A stretch of 32,000 nt of DNA from Candidatus Iainarchaeum sp. (GCA_028710695.1 JAQTTP010000004.1:30001-62000); one strand, 5' to 3'; shown: positions 1 to 9,570, counted from the first letter of the stretch. Notes: a model not told the origin generated them from the sequence alone. Numbers and translations are program-made.

Positions 1-2
1 TA

Positions 3-2435
3 ACTAAGAACGATGTTTTAGACACAACAGGCCACGCAGTTCTAGTAAATGGAATTGTAGTTGGTGAAACAGCTCACGTTAGCGATGTTTTAGCTGCAAA
101 CAAATTGTCAACTGAGGTTGCAAAGTTAGCAGTATACACAACTGGCGGAGAAGTAGTACCTGGGGCAGAAACTTGTGTTGATGCAACAGGAACCGTAGAT
201 GACGGCCTAACAGTTAAGAAGAAATTCGTTGGAACTGCTTTAGGAGAAACAAAAGGATCAGATAACTTTGCTGCTGCAGATGTTATTGCAAAAGGTGCAA
301 ATGTTGGAACTGACCTTTTGGCAGATGAAAGTTCAGCAAGCTATAAAGTTGGTGGAACAACATATACATCTTCAATTAGAGAACAAGTAGCTCTTGGTGC
401 TCAAGCATTATTTGATGACAGATATTATGTTGGAGACATGGGCTTAGCTTATGATGCAGAAGACTTTGTATACACAGTGACTTTTGGAGATTTGAACTTT
501 GCTAAAGATACTGCAACAGGCGGATATACAAGCCCATCATGGACAGATGGAACTAATGATAAGGTAGTTATTCCTTTTTTAGGATCAACTTATATGGTGT
601 ATAGTATTAACGATAGTTCAGACCAGATAGTATTAGTAAACGAAAGTTCAGTAAAATCCTATGCTCCTGGTGCAAAGTTAGAAAACTTAGTTGGTAAAGA
701 TGGTAAAGCATATTATGCCACAATAGATGGTGTAGTATATAGTTCTACAGACCCAACTACAGTAAAGATGACTTTGTATAACGCAGAAACTGGCGTTGCA
801 GAGACAGAGAGTACAAAAGTAGCTGAAGGAGAAACTTTTGCAGAAGATTTATTAGATACTGGTGTAGATGTTCACCAAGTTGATAACATAGGTACTTCTG
901 ATGTTCCTGCCTACGATATACAAATATTGTTGGGTGAAGACAAATTAACAATAAAGAACAACGAAGGATTCCCATATGATTCAACAAAAACAAAAACAAA
1001 TACACAGTATGACTGGAAATCAACAATAAGTTTAACTGGTGGTAAATTAACAAATATAGTAATAAAGAACACTGCCAAAAATGATAAAACTTACACAGAA
1101 AAAAGTATGTTAAACGCTGGAGAAACAGCATGGTTATACGGTGACTTTATTGGTGTAAGATTTAGCGGACTAGAATTGCCAGATTATAGTTCATATGTAT
1201 CTACAACTAAAGAAACAACAACAATAGAATTTACTGATGCATTAGAAAACTCAGATAATATGCCTGGTATAAAATACTATGGTACTGATGATGCATTACA
1301 CGAGCTTCCATTCTATTATCAGTTAACTTTGAGTGCTGCAGATGATACTAACCTAGCTGCAACATTTACTATGGATGGCCAAGACAAGATTCTAAAAATA
1401 GTTGCAGAAGCAGATGGTAACTATAGTGTGTACACTGGTACTGGTAGCGATGTTGATGGAGAATATACAATAAAAATAACTGGTGCAACAGACTGGAAAT
1501 ATACTGCAGATGGAGATATTGATATCAATAGTCCATTAGCATTTACAAATAGTGGAGATATAAGCCAATATTATATCTTTGGTTATGACGCTACAAATAG
1601 TGTTGGATGGTTATTCCTGGGGGCAGATGTTCCTTATAACTTGAAGAGTTCAGCAGCATCTTATGGATCATTTGAGTTAGAAGGGTCTGATCAAGCAGTA
1701 GCATCTTCAACAGTAGCTGATGACTTTAACTTCTATTTACCTCACTTAGAAGGAGAAATAGATTCTTTGACATCAATAGCTGCATACACAGATAACCAAA
1801 TTTCAGCTGCTTACTTTAAAGTAGATCAAGATGCAGCAACAGCTAACTCTGGTGAATTTGCGGTGTATATAAACACAGAAACTGGAAAAGCACCATTAGT
1901 TGGTGAAGGTGGATCAACTAATGATATACCAACTGGATCACAAATCAACTATAGTAGTTCAACAACCTTGATAAAGGCCGGTAAAGATACTGGAATAAGC
2001 TGGGCATACAATGCATTCGGAACAAAGTTCGGTGTTGAAAGCGACTTCCCATTCTTTGTAATACCTGAAGCACAAGCATACCCTGAAGTACACATTGTGA
2101 CTGGAACTGCAACAGTAAATGCTGAAGGTCAAGTATGTACTACTGGTCCTGAAACAACAACTCCAAGTGTTGATACTCCATACACTAATGCTACATTACC
2201 TGTAATAGAAGCAGATAAAGCAGGAACAGGTAAATACATAGTAATTGGTGGATGGGCTGTTAATAGTTTGTTCCCTGAAGAATTAACTGCAAACTTAGTT
2301 AAGGAAGGAGACAAAGTATTAGAGACAGTTGCTGGTAACGTAATAGCTGCTGGTTTCACAAAGGAAAACACAGTTGCAGTTGTTGACGAGCTAATTGCTT
2401 TGTTAACTGCTGATGACGTAGTAGTTCCATTGTAA
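3..2435 (+). CDS. S-layer-like surface protein, C-terminal part (5' end outside window)
   Basis: Frame is open from position 3 upstream of the TTG used by the ORF track at 105, so the gene is truncated by the window edge. Ser/Thr/Asp-rich beta-type composition, with C-terminal GKYIVIGGWAVNSLFPEE...AVVDELIALLTADDVVVPL resembling archaeal S-layer C-terminal regions. Confidence 0.75.
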   Translation, partial: TKNDVLDTTGHAVLVNGIVVGETAHVSDVLAANKLSTEVAKLAVYTTGGEVVPGAETCVDATGTVDDGLTVKKKFVGTALGETKGSDNFAAADVIAKGANVGTDLLADESSASYKVGGTTYTSSIREQVALGAQALFDDRYYVGDMGLAYDAEDFVYTVTFGDLNFAKDTATGGYTSPSWTDGTNDKVVIPFLGSTYMVYSINDSSDQIVLVNESSVKSYAPGAKLENLVGKDGKAYYATIDGVVYSSTDPTTVKMTLYNAETGVAETESTKVAEGETFAEDLLDTGVDVHQVDNIGTSDVPAYDIQILLGEDKLTIKNNEGFPYDSTKTKTNTQYDWKSTISLTGGKLTNIVIKNTAKNDKTYTEKSMLNAGETAWLYGDFIGVRFSGLELPDYSSYVSTTKETTTIEFTDALENSDNMPGIKYYGTDDALHELPFYYQLTLSAADDTNLAATFTMDGQDKILKIVAEADGNYSVYTGTGSDVDGEYTIKITGATDWKYTADGDIDINSPLAFTNSGDISQYYIFGYDATNSVGWLFLGADVPYNLKSSAASYGSFELEGSDQAVASSTVADDFNFYLPHLEGEIDSLTSIAAYTDNQISAAYFKVDQDAATANSGEFAVYINTETGKAPLVGEGGSTNDIPTGSQINYSSSTTLIKAGKDTGISWAYNAFGTKFGVESDFPFFVIPEAQAYPEVHIVTGTATVNAEGQVCTTGPETTTPSVDTPYTNATLPVIEADKAGTGKYIVIGGWAVNSLFPEELTANLVKEGDKVLETVAGNVIAAGFTKENTVAVVDELIALLTADDVVVPL

Positions 2436-2439
2436 GAGT

Positions 2440-2476
2440 AAGGAATTAATTTTCCTTTCTTTTTTCTTTTTTTTTA
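2440..2476 (+). terminator. hairpin AAGGAA-ttaatt-TTCCTT followed by T-rich tract
   Basis: 6-bp stem at 2440-2445/2452-2457 just after stop codon 2433-2435, followed by a long T/C-rich tract. Confidence 0.55.
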
Positions 2477-2637
2477 TTTATTTACTTTTTTGATTCCTGA
2501 CTTTAATCTCTTAAAATAAGTTCTCATAGACTTAACTTTTTAATTCTTTTATTAAAAATATCTTGTTGCTTGCAAAAGAATTTTTCACAAAAATAAATAA
2601 AAGTTTATAACCTATATTTATAACTTATAGAGTGATT

Positions 2638-2652
2638 AAGTTATATATAAAA
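2638..2652 (+). promoter_or_regulatory. putative TATA element for the 2810 gene
   Basis: gttatatataaaa in an AT-rich intergenic region, about 160 bp upstream of the start codon; implies a long leader. Confidence 0.35.
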
Positions 2653-2809
2653 TAACAATTTTTTATCACACACTTTATAAAGTTATCTGCTTTATTATTT
2701 TCGACAAAATATAATTAAACCACATTTTTTGATGGCCAAAAAAATCATATGGTTGTTAGATGTGGTAGTTGCTAAGGAGAAAATAAACTAATCTGTTGGA
2801 GGGTTATAA

Positions 2810-5800
2810 ATGAATAAAAATAGTGTTGGACGAAGTAAATTGAAAAATTTGTTTTTAAGTTTTTTTGTTTTGTTTTTTGTGGTGTTATGCGCAGGCTTTG
2901 TAAGTGCTGCAATAACAAGCATAACAGTAACAGATCCAGATGGTGGTGAATACTGGAGCGGTGACAGGAATATTACCTGGACTGCAGTAGGATGTGCTAC
3001 TGATCTAAACGTTAATATTTATTGGCAGGATGTATCTTTGGGCAATTCAACACAAATTGCTGTGGATGTAAACTGTGAATTACAATATTATCAATGGGAT
3101 ACAACCTCCGTAGCGAATGATACAGATTATAAAATAAAAATTCGTGCATCTGCTGATTCTGAGACTTATGATATTTCAAATGCTGTTTTTATAATTGATA
3201 ACACCGTTCCAACATTAACCCCTGTGACTATTGCTTCCGGTGATAGCAATACTTCTTCAGCAAAAGTAGGTAGTACAATAACATTATCTTTTACTGCAAG
3301 TGAAACATTGTCTGTTTTACCTACAGTAACAATAGCAACACATAGTGTGGTTGCAACAAATACTGGTGGATTAAATTATACAGCAACATATGCTATGGTT
3401 ACTGGTGATTCAACTGGGCTGGTGCCATTTACAATAGATTTTAATGATTTGGCAGGAAATGATGGTGTTCAGGTAGCTGCAACAACTAACTCTAGTTATG
3501 TTATTTTTGATAAAACTGCGCCTACTGTATCTGACGTAAATTCTACTAATACAGATAATAATTACAAGGTGGGCGATGATATTAATATTACAGTTGAGTT
3601 TAGTGAGGCCGTAATTGTAACTGGTACACCATTGATTTTCTTAGAATTGGGTGCAACCGATAGAAATGCAACTTATGAAAGTGGAACCGGTACAACTACT
3701 TTGACTTTTACTTATACAGTACAAGCAGGCGACACAAGTGCTGATTTAGATTATAATGGCACTGGCGCTTTAATTTTGAATAGTGGAACTATAGCTGATG
3801 CTGCCGGTAACACTGCAACTTTAACTTTAGCTGCCCCTGGTGCAGAGGGCTCTTTAGCACACGGTAAAGCAATAGTAATTGATACTACTGCTCCAATTAT
3901 AAGTGGTGTTTATTCTAATGCTACTGCGGCAGGTGTCTTAAAAATAGGTGACACAATAATATTTACTGTAGAAATTGATGTTGACGAAAATGGTTTGACA
4001 ATTCTTCCTGCGGGTTATAATGGTCATGCTTTTGTTCCTAGTTGGGCAAGTGATGATGGAAATTCTTACACAGCAACTTATACTGTTGTAGCTGGTGATG
4101 ACTTAGTTACAGCTTTACAGCTAACTGATGTAAACGCAGAGGATGCTACTGGTAATATTAGTGCTGATGTAAATGGTTCTGATGTAGCAAAAACAATTGA
4201 TGCAACATATCCAACTGTAAGTGATGTAAACTCTACAAAAGATGATGGTTCTTACAAAGCGGGTGTAGATATTAATATTACAGTTGGGTTTAGTGAAGCT
4301 GTAACTGTAACTGGTGCTCCTTTACTTGTTTTAGAATTGGGTGCAACCGACAGGAATGCAATTTATGCAAGTGGTTCTGGCACAACAACTTTAACCTTTA
4401 CTTACACTGTTGAGGCTGGCGACACCAGTAGTGATTTAGATTATAATGCTACTGATGGTTTAGATTTGAATAGTGGGACTATAAAAGATGCTGCAGGCAA
4501 TGCTGCAACTTTAACTTTAGCTGCTCCTGGTGCTGCAGGCTCATTAGCTGATGGTAAAGCAATAGTAATTGATACTACTGCTCCAACTGTATCTGACGTA
4601 AATTCTACTAATACAGATAATAATTACAAGGTGGGTGATGATATTAATATTACAGTTGAATTTACTGAGGCTGTAATTGTAACAGGTACTCCTTTGATTT
4701 ACTTAGAATTAGGTGCCACAGACAGAAATGCAAGTTATGTAAGTGGATCTGGTACAACAACTTTAACTTTTACTTATACAGTACAAACCGGTGATACCTC
4801 TGCAGATTTAGATTATAATGGTACTGGTGCTTTAATTTTGAATAGTGGAACTATAAACGATGCTGCATTGAATAATGCAACATTGACTTTGGCTACTCCT
4901 GGTGACGTAGGCTCTTTAGCACACGGTAAAGCAATAGTAATTGATACTACTGCTCCAATTATAAGTGGTGTTTATTCTAATGCTACTGCGGCAGGTGTCT
5001 TAAAAATAGGTGACACAATAATATTTACTGTAGAAATTGATGTTGACGAAAATGGTTTGACAATTCTTCCTGCGGGTTATAATGGTCATGCTTTTGTTCC
5101 TAGTTGGGCAAGTGATGATGGAAATTCTTACACAGCAACTTATACTGTTGTAGCTGGTGATGACTTAGTTACAGCTTTACAGCTAACTGATGTAAACGCA
5201 GAGGATGCTACTGGTAATATTAGTGCTGATGTAAATGGTTCTGATGTAGCAAAAACAATTGATGCAACATATCCAACTGTAAGTGATGTAAACTCTACAA
5301 AAGATGATGGTTCTTACAAAGCGGGTGTAGATATTAATATTACAGTTGGGTTTAGTGAAGCTGTAACTGTAACTGGTGCTCCTTTACTTGTTTTAGAATT
5401 GGGTGCAACCGACAGGAATGCAATTTATGCAAGTGGTTCTGGCACAACAACTTTAACCTTTACTTACACTGTTGAGGCTGGCGACACCAGTAGTGATTTA
5501 GATTATAATGCTACTGATGGTTTAGATTTGAATAGTGGGACTATAAAAGATGCTGCAGGCAATGCTGCAACTTTAACTTTAGCTGCTCCTGGTGCTGCAG
5601 GCTCATTAGCTGATGGTAAAGCAATAGTAATTGATACTACTGCTCCAACTGTATCTAATGTAACATCTACAAAAGATAATGGTACTTACAAAGCAGGTAC
5701 GGATCTTAACATTACTGTAACTTTTACTCAAGCAGTAACTGTAACTGGCACACCAATTTTAACCTTAAATACTGGTGATATAAATAGAAATGCGCAATAC

Positions 5801-8242
5801 CTTACTGGATCTGGCACAACAACTTTAACTTTTACTTACACTGTCCAAGCCGGTGATACATCCTTAGATTTAGATTATAATGGCACAGATGCTTTAGATT
5901 TGAATAGCGGAACTATAACTGATGCTGCTTTGAATAACGCAACTTTGACATTGGCTACTCCAGGTGCTGCTGGTTCATTAGGTGCCAATAAAGCTTTAGT
6001 AATTGATACTACTGCTCCGATTATTAGTTCAGTAACTTCTAATGCTACTGAAGCAGGTGTTTTGAAGATTGGTGACACAATAATATTTACTGCTGATATA
6101 AGTGTAACTGAAGCAGGTTTAACTCTCCTTCCAACAACTTATAATGGTCAAGTAATAGCATGGGGTACTGTTAATGGTGGAGATACTTACACAGCAACCT
6201 ATACTGTTATAGCTGGTGATGATACTGCAGTAGCTATTCAGTTGACTGATGTAAATGCAACTGATGCTGTAGGTAACATAAGTGCAAATGTAAGCGGCTC
6301 AGATGTAGCTAAGACAATTGATGCAACTAGACCTACTGTACTTGATGTGAACTCAACTAAGGCAGATGGTTATTACAAGGCGGGTGTAGATATTAATATT
6401 ACAGTTGGGTTTAGTGAAGATGTAAATATAACTGGTGCACCATTAATTGTTTTAGAATTAGGTGCTACTGATAGAAATGCGATTTATGTTGATGGTAATG
6501 GTACTGATACCTTAACATTTACTTATACTGTTCAGGCAGGCGATACATCTTTAGATTTAGATTATAACGCTACTGATGGTTTAGATTTGAATGGTGGAAC
6601 TATAACTGATTCAACTGCTGGTAACGCTGCAACTTTGACATTAGCTGCTCCTGGTGCTGCAGGTTCATTAGCCAATGGTAAGGCAATAGTAATTGATACT
6701 ACTGCTCCAACTGTAACTGGTGTTACTCCAGTAACTTTGGCAGATGCGAGTGTAGGAACAGTTGATGTAAATATAACATTCTCAGAAACAATGGATGAGG
6801 CTACTTTAGGAACTATGACTGTGGAAGGTTTAAATGATAGTCCAATAACTATAACTAACAGTTCTTGGGCGAATAGCTCGACTATTTGGCAAGGAACATT
6901 TACCTTTACAGATGATAATGAGGTTGTAACTGATGCATTTTATGGAATATTAGGTGCAAAAGATTTAGCAGGTAATGTAATGAGTACCTTAAGTACAAGA
7001 GGAGAAAATAACGATTTAAATGCAGATACTAACAATCCGACAGTAGCAATAACAATGAGTGATTATGCTTTGAAAGCTGGAGAAACAGCAACAGTAACAT
7101 TTACATTCTCAGAAGCTCCAACTGGATTTGCAGTGGGGGATATAAACTCTCCTAGTGGAGCGATTTCAGGGTTATCTGGAACTACAGTATATACTGCAAC
7201 ATTTACTCCAACTGTAAGTACAACGGATGCAACAAATGTAATCACTGTTGGTACTGACTGGACAGATGCAGCAGGTAATGCTCCTGGCGTATCAACTACA
7301 TCAAGTAATTATGCAGTAGATACTTTATTACCAACAGTTTCTTCTGCGACAGCAGATTCAGATCCGGCAACAGCAGGAGTAATTACAATTACTGTAATAT
7401 TTAGTGAGACAATAGATACTGGAACAAGTCCAACAGTAAGAGTTACTGGTTTGGCTACAAATCCATATTCAGTAACAGAAACAGATTTCAATTCAACAAC
7501 TTGGACTGGAACATTTACTTTGTTAAATAATGATGAGAATGCAACTGCAACAATAACAGTATCCGGGGCAAAAGATGTTGCAGGTAACACAATGACTGCA
7601 AATAATAGTGCAGGAACATTTACTGCTGACACTATTGCTCCAGTAGTAAGTAGTGTTTCCTTTGATAAAGCAACTTACAGGATTACTCCAGATGTAAATG
7701 TAACAGTGACTGTAGTTGAAGACACCACAGCAGCAACAATAACTGTTAATGGTAGTGGTGCAACAGAGGGTGTTAATGGAACTTGGACATATACATTTGC
7801 ACATGGAAAAGCAGTAGTTGGAACATATAGTTTGTTAATAACTGCTACTGATGCCGCAGGAAATAGTAAACAATCTCTTGCTTACTATAATGTCTCTGCT
7901 GCAGATACAACTGGTGATTATAACTATACCCAGAGCTTAAATGTAAACTGGAATACATTGTGGTTACCTCCAAATATAAGTGCTTTAAATGATAGCAACA
8001 CCTCGGTTGCAGGTGTTGTTGGTTATAAGTCTGGAGACCACGGTTATGATAACCACTGGGAATCTGGTGGAGCTTTATGGACAATACTGTATCACTATGA
8101 TTCAGATTCTGCAGAATGGCTTGTTCAGTACCAGGGTGGCGAATCAGAAGGAACTGGGACTTTAACTGATATGAATTCAGATTTACAAAGTCCATATTGG
8201 ATTTACCTGAGTTCTGCTGATAGATTCCAGCTTGATAACTAA
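2810..8242 (+). CDS. giant secreted repeat protein (1810 aa) with tandem Ig-like domains
   Basis: SD-like ggaggg upstream, signal-peptide-like N-terminus (LFLSFFVLFFVVLCAGFVSAA). Many repeats of the type APTVSDVNST...YKAGxDINITVxFSExVxVTGxPxLxLELG...TGSGTTTLTFTYTVxAGDTS and SN.T.AGVLKIGDTIIFT.....TYTATYTV.AGDD. C-terminal domain WNTLWLPPNISAL...SPYWIYLSS. No C-terminal TM helix seen. Confidence 0.9.
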   Translation: MNKNSVGRSKLKNLFLSFFVLFFVVLCAGFVSAAITSITVTDPDGGEYWSGDRNITWTAVGCATDLNVNIYWQDVSLGNSTQIAVDVNCELQYYQWDTTSVANDTDYKIKIRASADSETYDISNAVFIIDNTVPTLTPVTIASGDSNTSSAKVGSTITLSFTASETLSVLPTVTIATHSVVATNTGGLNYTATYAMVTGDSTGLVPFTIDFNDLAGNDGVQVAATTNSSYVIFDKTAPTVSDVNSTNTDNNYKVGDDINITVEFSEAVIVTGTPLIFLELGATDRNATYESGTGTTTLTFTYTVQAGDTSADLDYNGTGALILNSGTIADAAGNTATLTLAAPGAEGSLAHGKAIVIDTTAPIISGVYSNATAAGVLKIGDTIIFTVEIDVDENGLTILPAGYNGHAFVPSWASDDGNSYTATYTVVAGDDLVTALQLTDVNAEDATGNISADVNGSDVAKTIDATYPTVSDVNSTKDDGSYKAGVDINITVGFSEAVTVTGAPLLVLELGATDRNAIYASGSGTTTLTFTYTVEAGDTSSDLDYNATDGLDLNSGTIKDAAGNAATLTLAAPGAAGSLADGKAIVIDTTAPTVSDVNSTNTDNNYKVGDDINITVEFTEAVIVTGTPLIYLELGATDRNASYVSGSGTTTLTFTYTVQTGDTSADLDYNGTGALILNSGTINDAALNNATLTLATPGDVGSLAHGKAIVIDTTAPIISGVYSNATAAGVLKIGDTIIFTVEIDVDENGLTILPAGYNGHAFVPSWASDDGNSYTATYTVVAGDDLVTALQLTDVNAEDATGNISADVNGSDVAKTIDATYPTVSDVNSTKDDGSYKAGVDINITVGFSEAVTVTGAPLLVLELGATDRNAIYASGSGTTTLTFTYTVEAGDTSSDLDYNATDGLDLNSGTIKDAAGNAATLTLAAPGAAGSLADGKAIVIDTTAPTVSNVTSTKDNGTYKAGTDLNITVTFTQAVTVTGTPILTLNTGDINRNAQYLTGSGTTTLTFTYTVQAGDTSLDLDYNGTDALDLNSGTITDAALNNATLTLATPGAAGSLGANKALVIDTTAPIISSVTSNATEAGVLKIGDTIIFTADISVTEAGLTLLPTTYNGQVIAWGTVNGGDTYTATYTVIAGDDTAVAIQLTDVNATDAVGNISANVSGSDVAKTIDATRPTVLDVNSTKADGYYKAGVDINITVGFSEDVNITGAPLIVLELGATDRNAIYVDGNGTDTLTFTYTVQAGDTSLDLDYNATDGLDLNGGTITDSTAGNAATLTLAAPGAAGSLANGKAIVIDTTAPTVTGVTPVTLADASVGTVDVNITFSETMDEATLGTMTVEGLNDSPITITNSSWANSSTIWQGTFTFTDDNEVVTDAFYGILGAKDLAGNVMSTLSTRGENNDLNADTNNPTVAITMSDYALKAGETATVTFTFSEAPTGFAVGDINSPSGAISGLSGTTVYTATFTPTVSTTDATNVITVGTDWTDAAGNAPGVSTTSSNYAVDTLLPTVSSATADSDPATAGVITITVIFSETIDTGTSPTVRVTGLATNPYSVTETDFNSTTWTGTFTLLNNDENATATITVSGAKDVAGNTMTANNSAGTFTADTIAPVVSSVSFDKATYRITPDVNVTVTVVEDTTAATITVNGSGATEGVNGTWTYTFAHGKAVVGTYSLLITATDAAGNSKQSLAYYNVSAADTTGDYNYTQSLNVNWNTLWLPPNISALNDSNTSVAGVVGYKSGDHGYDNHWESGGALWTILYHYDSDSAEWLVQYQGGESEGTGTLTDMNSDLQSPYWIYLSSADRFQLDN
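3848..4594 (+). repeat. 747-bp perfect direct repeat, copy 1
   Basis: By visual comparison identical to 4910-5656 (offset 1062); flanking mismatches at 3847/4909 and 4595/5657. Confidence 0.9.
4910..5656 (+). repeat. 747-bp perfect direct repeat, copy 2
   Basis: By visual comparison identical to 3848-4594. Confidence 0.9.
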
Positions 8243-8251
8243 CCCAAAAAT

Positions 8252-8282
8252 AATGTTCACAAAAAGTGAACATTTTTTTTTA
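8252..8282 (+). terminator. intrinsic-like hairpin AATGTTCAC-aaaaa-GTGAACATT plus T tract
   Basis: 9-bp perfect stem (8252-8260/8266-8274), 5-nt loop, followed by TTTTTTT; 9 bp after the stop codon of the giant gene. Confidence 0.85.
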
Positions 8283-8305
8283 TTTTTATATTTTGAGGTG
8301 TATAT

Positions 8306-9385
8306 ATGAAACGGTATTTAAGCGCACTAATTTTTTTGATATTTTGCGTATCTTTTGTTTTTGCAACTCCTGGAGATTGGAAAGGAATTGTTGACATAAA
8401 CGGTTCAGAGCCAGAGGTGGGGACAACAGTATCAGCATATACTGGAAGTACATTGCTGGATAGTACAACTACTCCAACTACTTCTGCGGGTGCAACTGCG
8501 TATGATTCAAATGGTTTTTATATTCTTGTTTTTGAAACCACAATTGACGCAGCCCTTACATTTAAAGTTTGTGGAATAACTGCAGATACAAATACTTTTA
8601 GTGTTGGTACCCATGATTTAAATATTTCAGCAACTCTTCAAGCAAATGGGACTGCGGCTTGTACTTGTGATGGGATTTGTTCTGGAGGGCATTGTGTAAA
8701 CCCTGGAGCATCAGGAGTATGTTCGGCTAATACTTATTATTGTAATAGTAATGGTTCTTGTGAAACTGCATATGGTGAAACATCATCAAATTGTTCTGCT
8801 GATTGTTCATCAGGGGGTGGATCTGGTGGATCTGGTGGATCATCAACAATTATAATAGCAGAAACTACGGAAGAAGCAATAGAAATCGGTAGTGAGGAAA
8901 CAATAACAACAACAGTTTCAAGTGGTGGAAGTAGAACAATCAAAGTAAAGGATGAAGAACACACTGTAACTGTTGATGAAACAAATGTTGAAGAACAAAC
9001 AGCAAGAATAACTATTGCTTCAACTCCAATGACATACATATTGAAAACAGGTCAATCTGTAAAAGCAGACTTTGAGAACGATGGAGTATACGATCTAAAG
9101 GTAACTTTGGGTGGCGTAGATGCTTCTGGGGCTAAGCTGTATTTATTGCAGATTGCAGAACCAGTAGCTAAAGCAGCAGACACAACAAAAGAGCCTACTG
9201 GCGGAACAATAACTACTGAAGACAAAACAACTACCACAACTGATGATGGTAGTACAACAACAGATAACACAACTGGAACTACAGACACCGAAGAAACAAT
9301 AAGCAGTGCTTGGGTATGGTGGGTTCTAGGGGTAATAATTGTTTTAGTAGTTGTTTACCTAGGATATGCAATGATCAAGAAGTAA
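8306..9385 (+). CDS. secreted/surface protein with signal peptide, Cys-rich segment, Gly/Ser linker, Thr-rich stalk and C-terminal TM helix
   Basis: SD gaggtg; MKRYLSALIFLIFCVSFVFATPG signal; CDGICSGGHC...CETAYGETSSNCSADC; GGGSGGSGGSS; TTTTDDGSTTTDNTTGTTD; AWVWWVLGVIIVLVVVYLGYAMIKK at the C-terminus. Confidence 0.85.
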   Translation: MKRYLSALIFLIFCVSFVFATPGDWKGIVDINGSEPEVGTTVSAYTGSTLLDSTTTPTTSAGATAYDSNGFYILVFETTIDAALTFKVCGITADTNTFSVGTHDLNISATLQANGTAACTCDGICSGGHCVNPGASGVCSANTYYCNSNGSCETAYGETSSNCSADCSSGGGSGGSGGSSTIIIAETTEEAIEIGSEETITTTVSSGGSRTIKVKDEEHTVTVDETNVEEQTARITIASTPMTYILKTGQSVKADFENDGVYDLKVTLGGVDASGAKLYLLQIAEPVAKAADTTKEPTGGTITTEDKTTTTTDDGSTTTDNTTGTTDTEETISSAWVWWVLGVIIVLVVVYLGYAMIKK

Positions 9386-9408
9386 AGGGATTCTTTCCCT
9401 CTTTTTTT
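9386..9408 (+). terminator. hairpin AGGGA-ttctt-TCCCT followed by CTTTTTTT
   Basis: 5-bp stem directly after stop codon with downstream T tract. Confidence 0.6.
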
Positions 9409-9570
9409 ATTTTTATTTATTTGTTTTTATTCTTTCTTTTGTCTAATTTGTATTTAACTAAAGCCGATCTTGCCCTATCTGGCGTAAAAGCAGTTAATCT
9501 TGTGACTCAAAACATAACCTTTTATATATATCCTGCTTTAATATATATAGGCTTATGAGTGTGAGATACT

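Larger units (their letters stand above)
3521..6706 (+). repeat. three tandem 1062-bp (354-aa) A-B-C supermodules within the surface gene
   Basis: Equivalent codons (CCA/CCT ACT GTA) occur at 3521, 4583, 5645 and 6707, each exactly 1062 bp apart; each unit has subdomains A, B (cca/ccg att at 3893, 4955, 6017) and C. Confidence 0.92.

Noticed and set aside
757-1131. 124-aa and similar minus-strand ORFs within the S-layer gene
   Set aside because: Leucine-rich artefacts of antisense reading of an AT-rich Thr/Ser-rich gene.
3521-6706. Possible CRISPR or satellite array
   Set aside because: Repeats are in-frame coding domains with a 1062-bp super-period and no short repeat-spacer structure.
7845-8273. 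142-aa minus-strand ORF overlapping the giant surface gene
   Set aside because: Antisense to an unambiguous repeat protein; Gln/His/Leu-rich low-complexity translation and it starts within the terminator hairpin.
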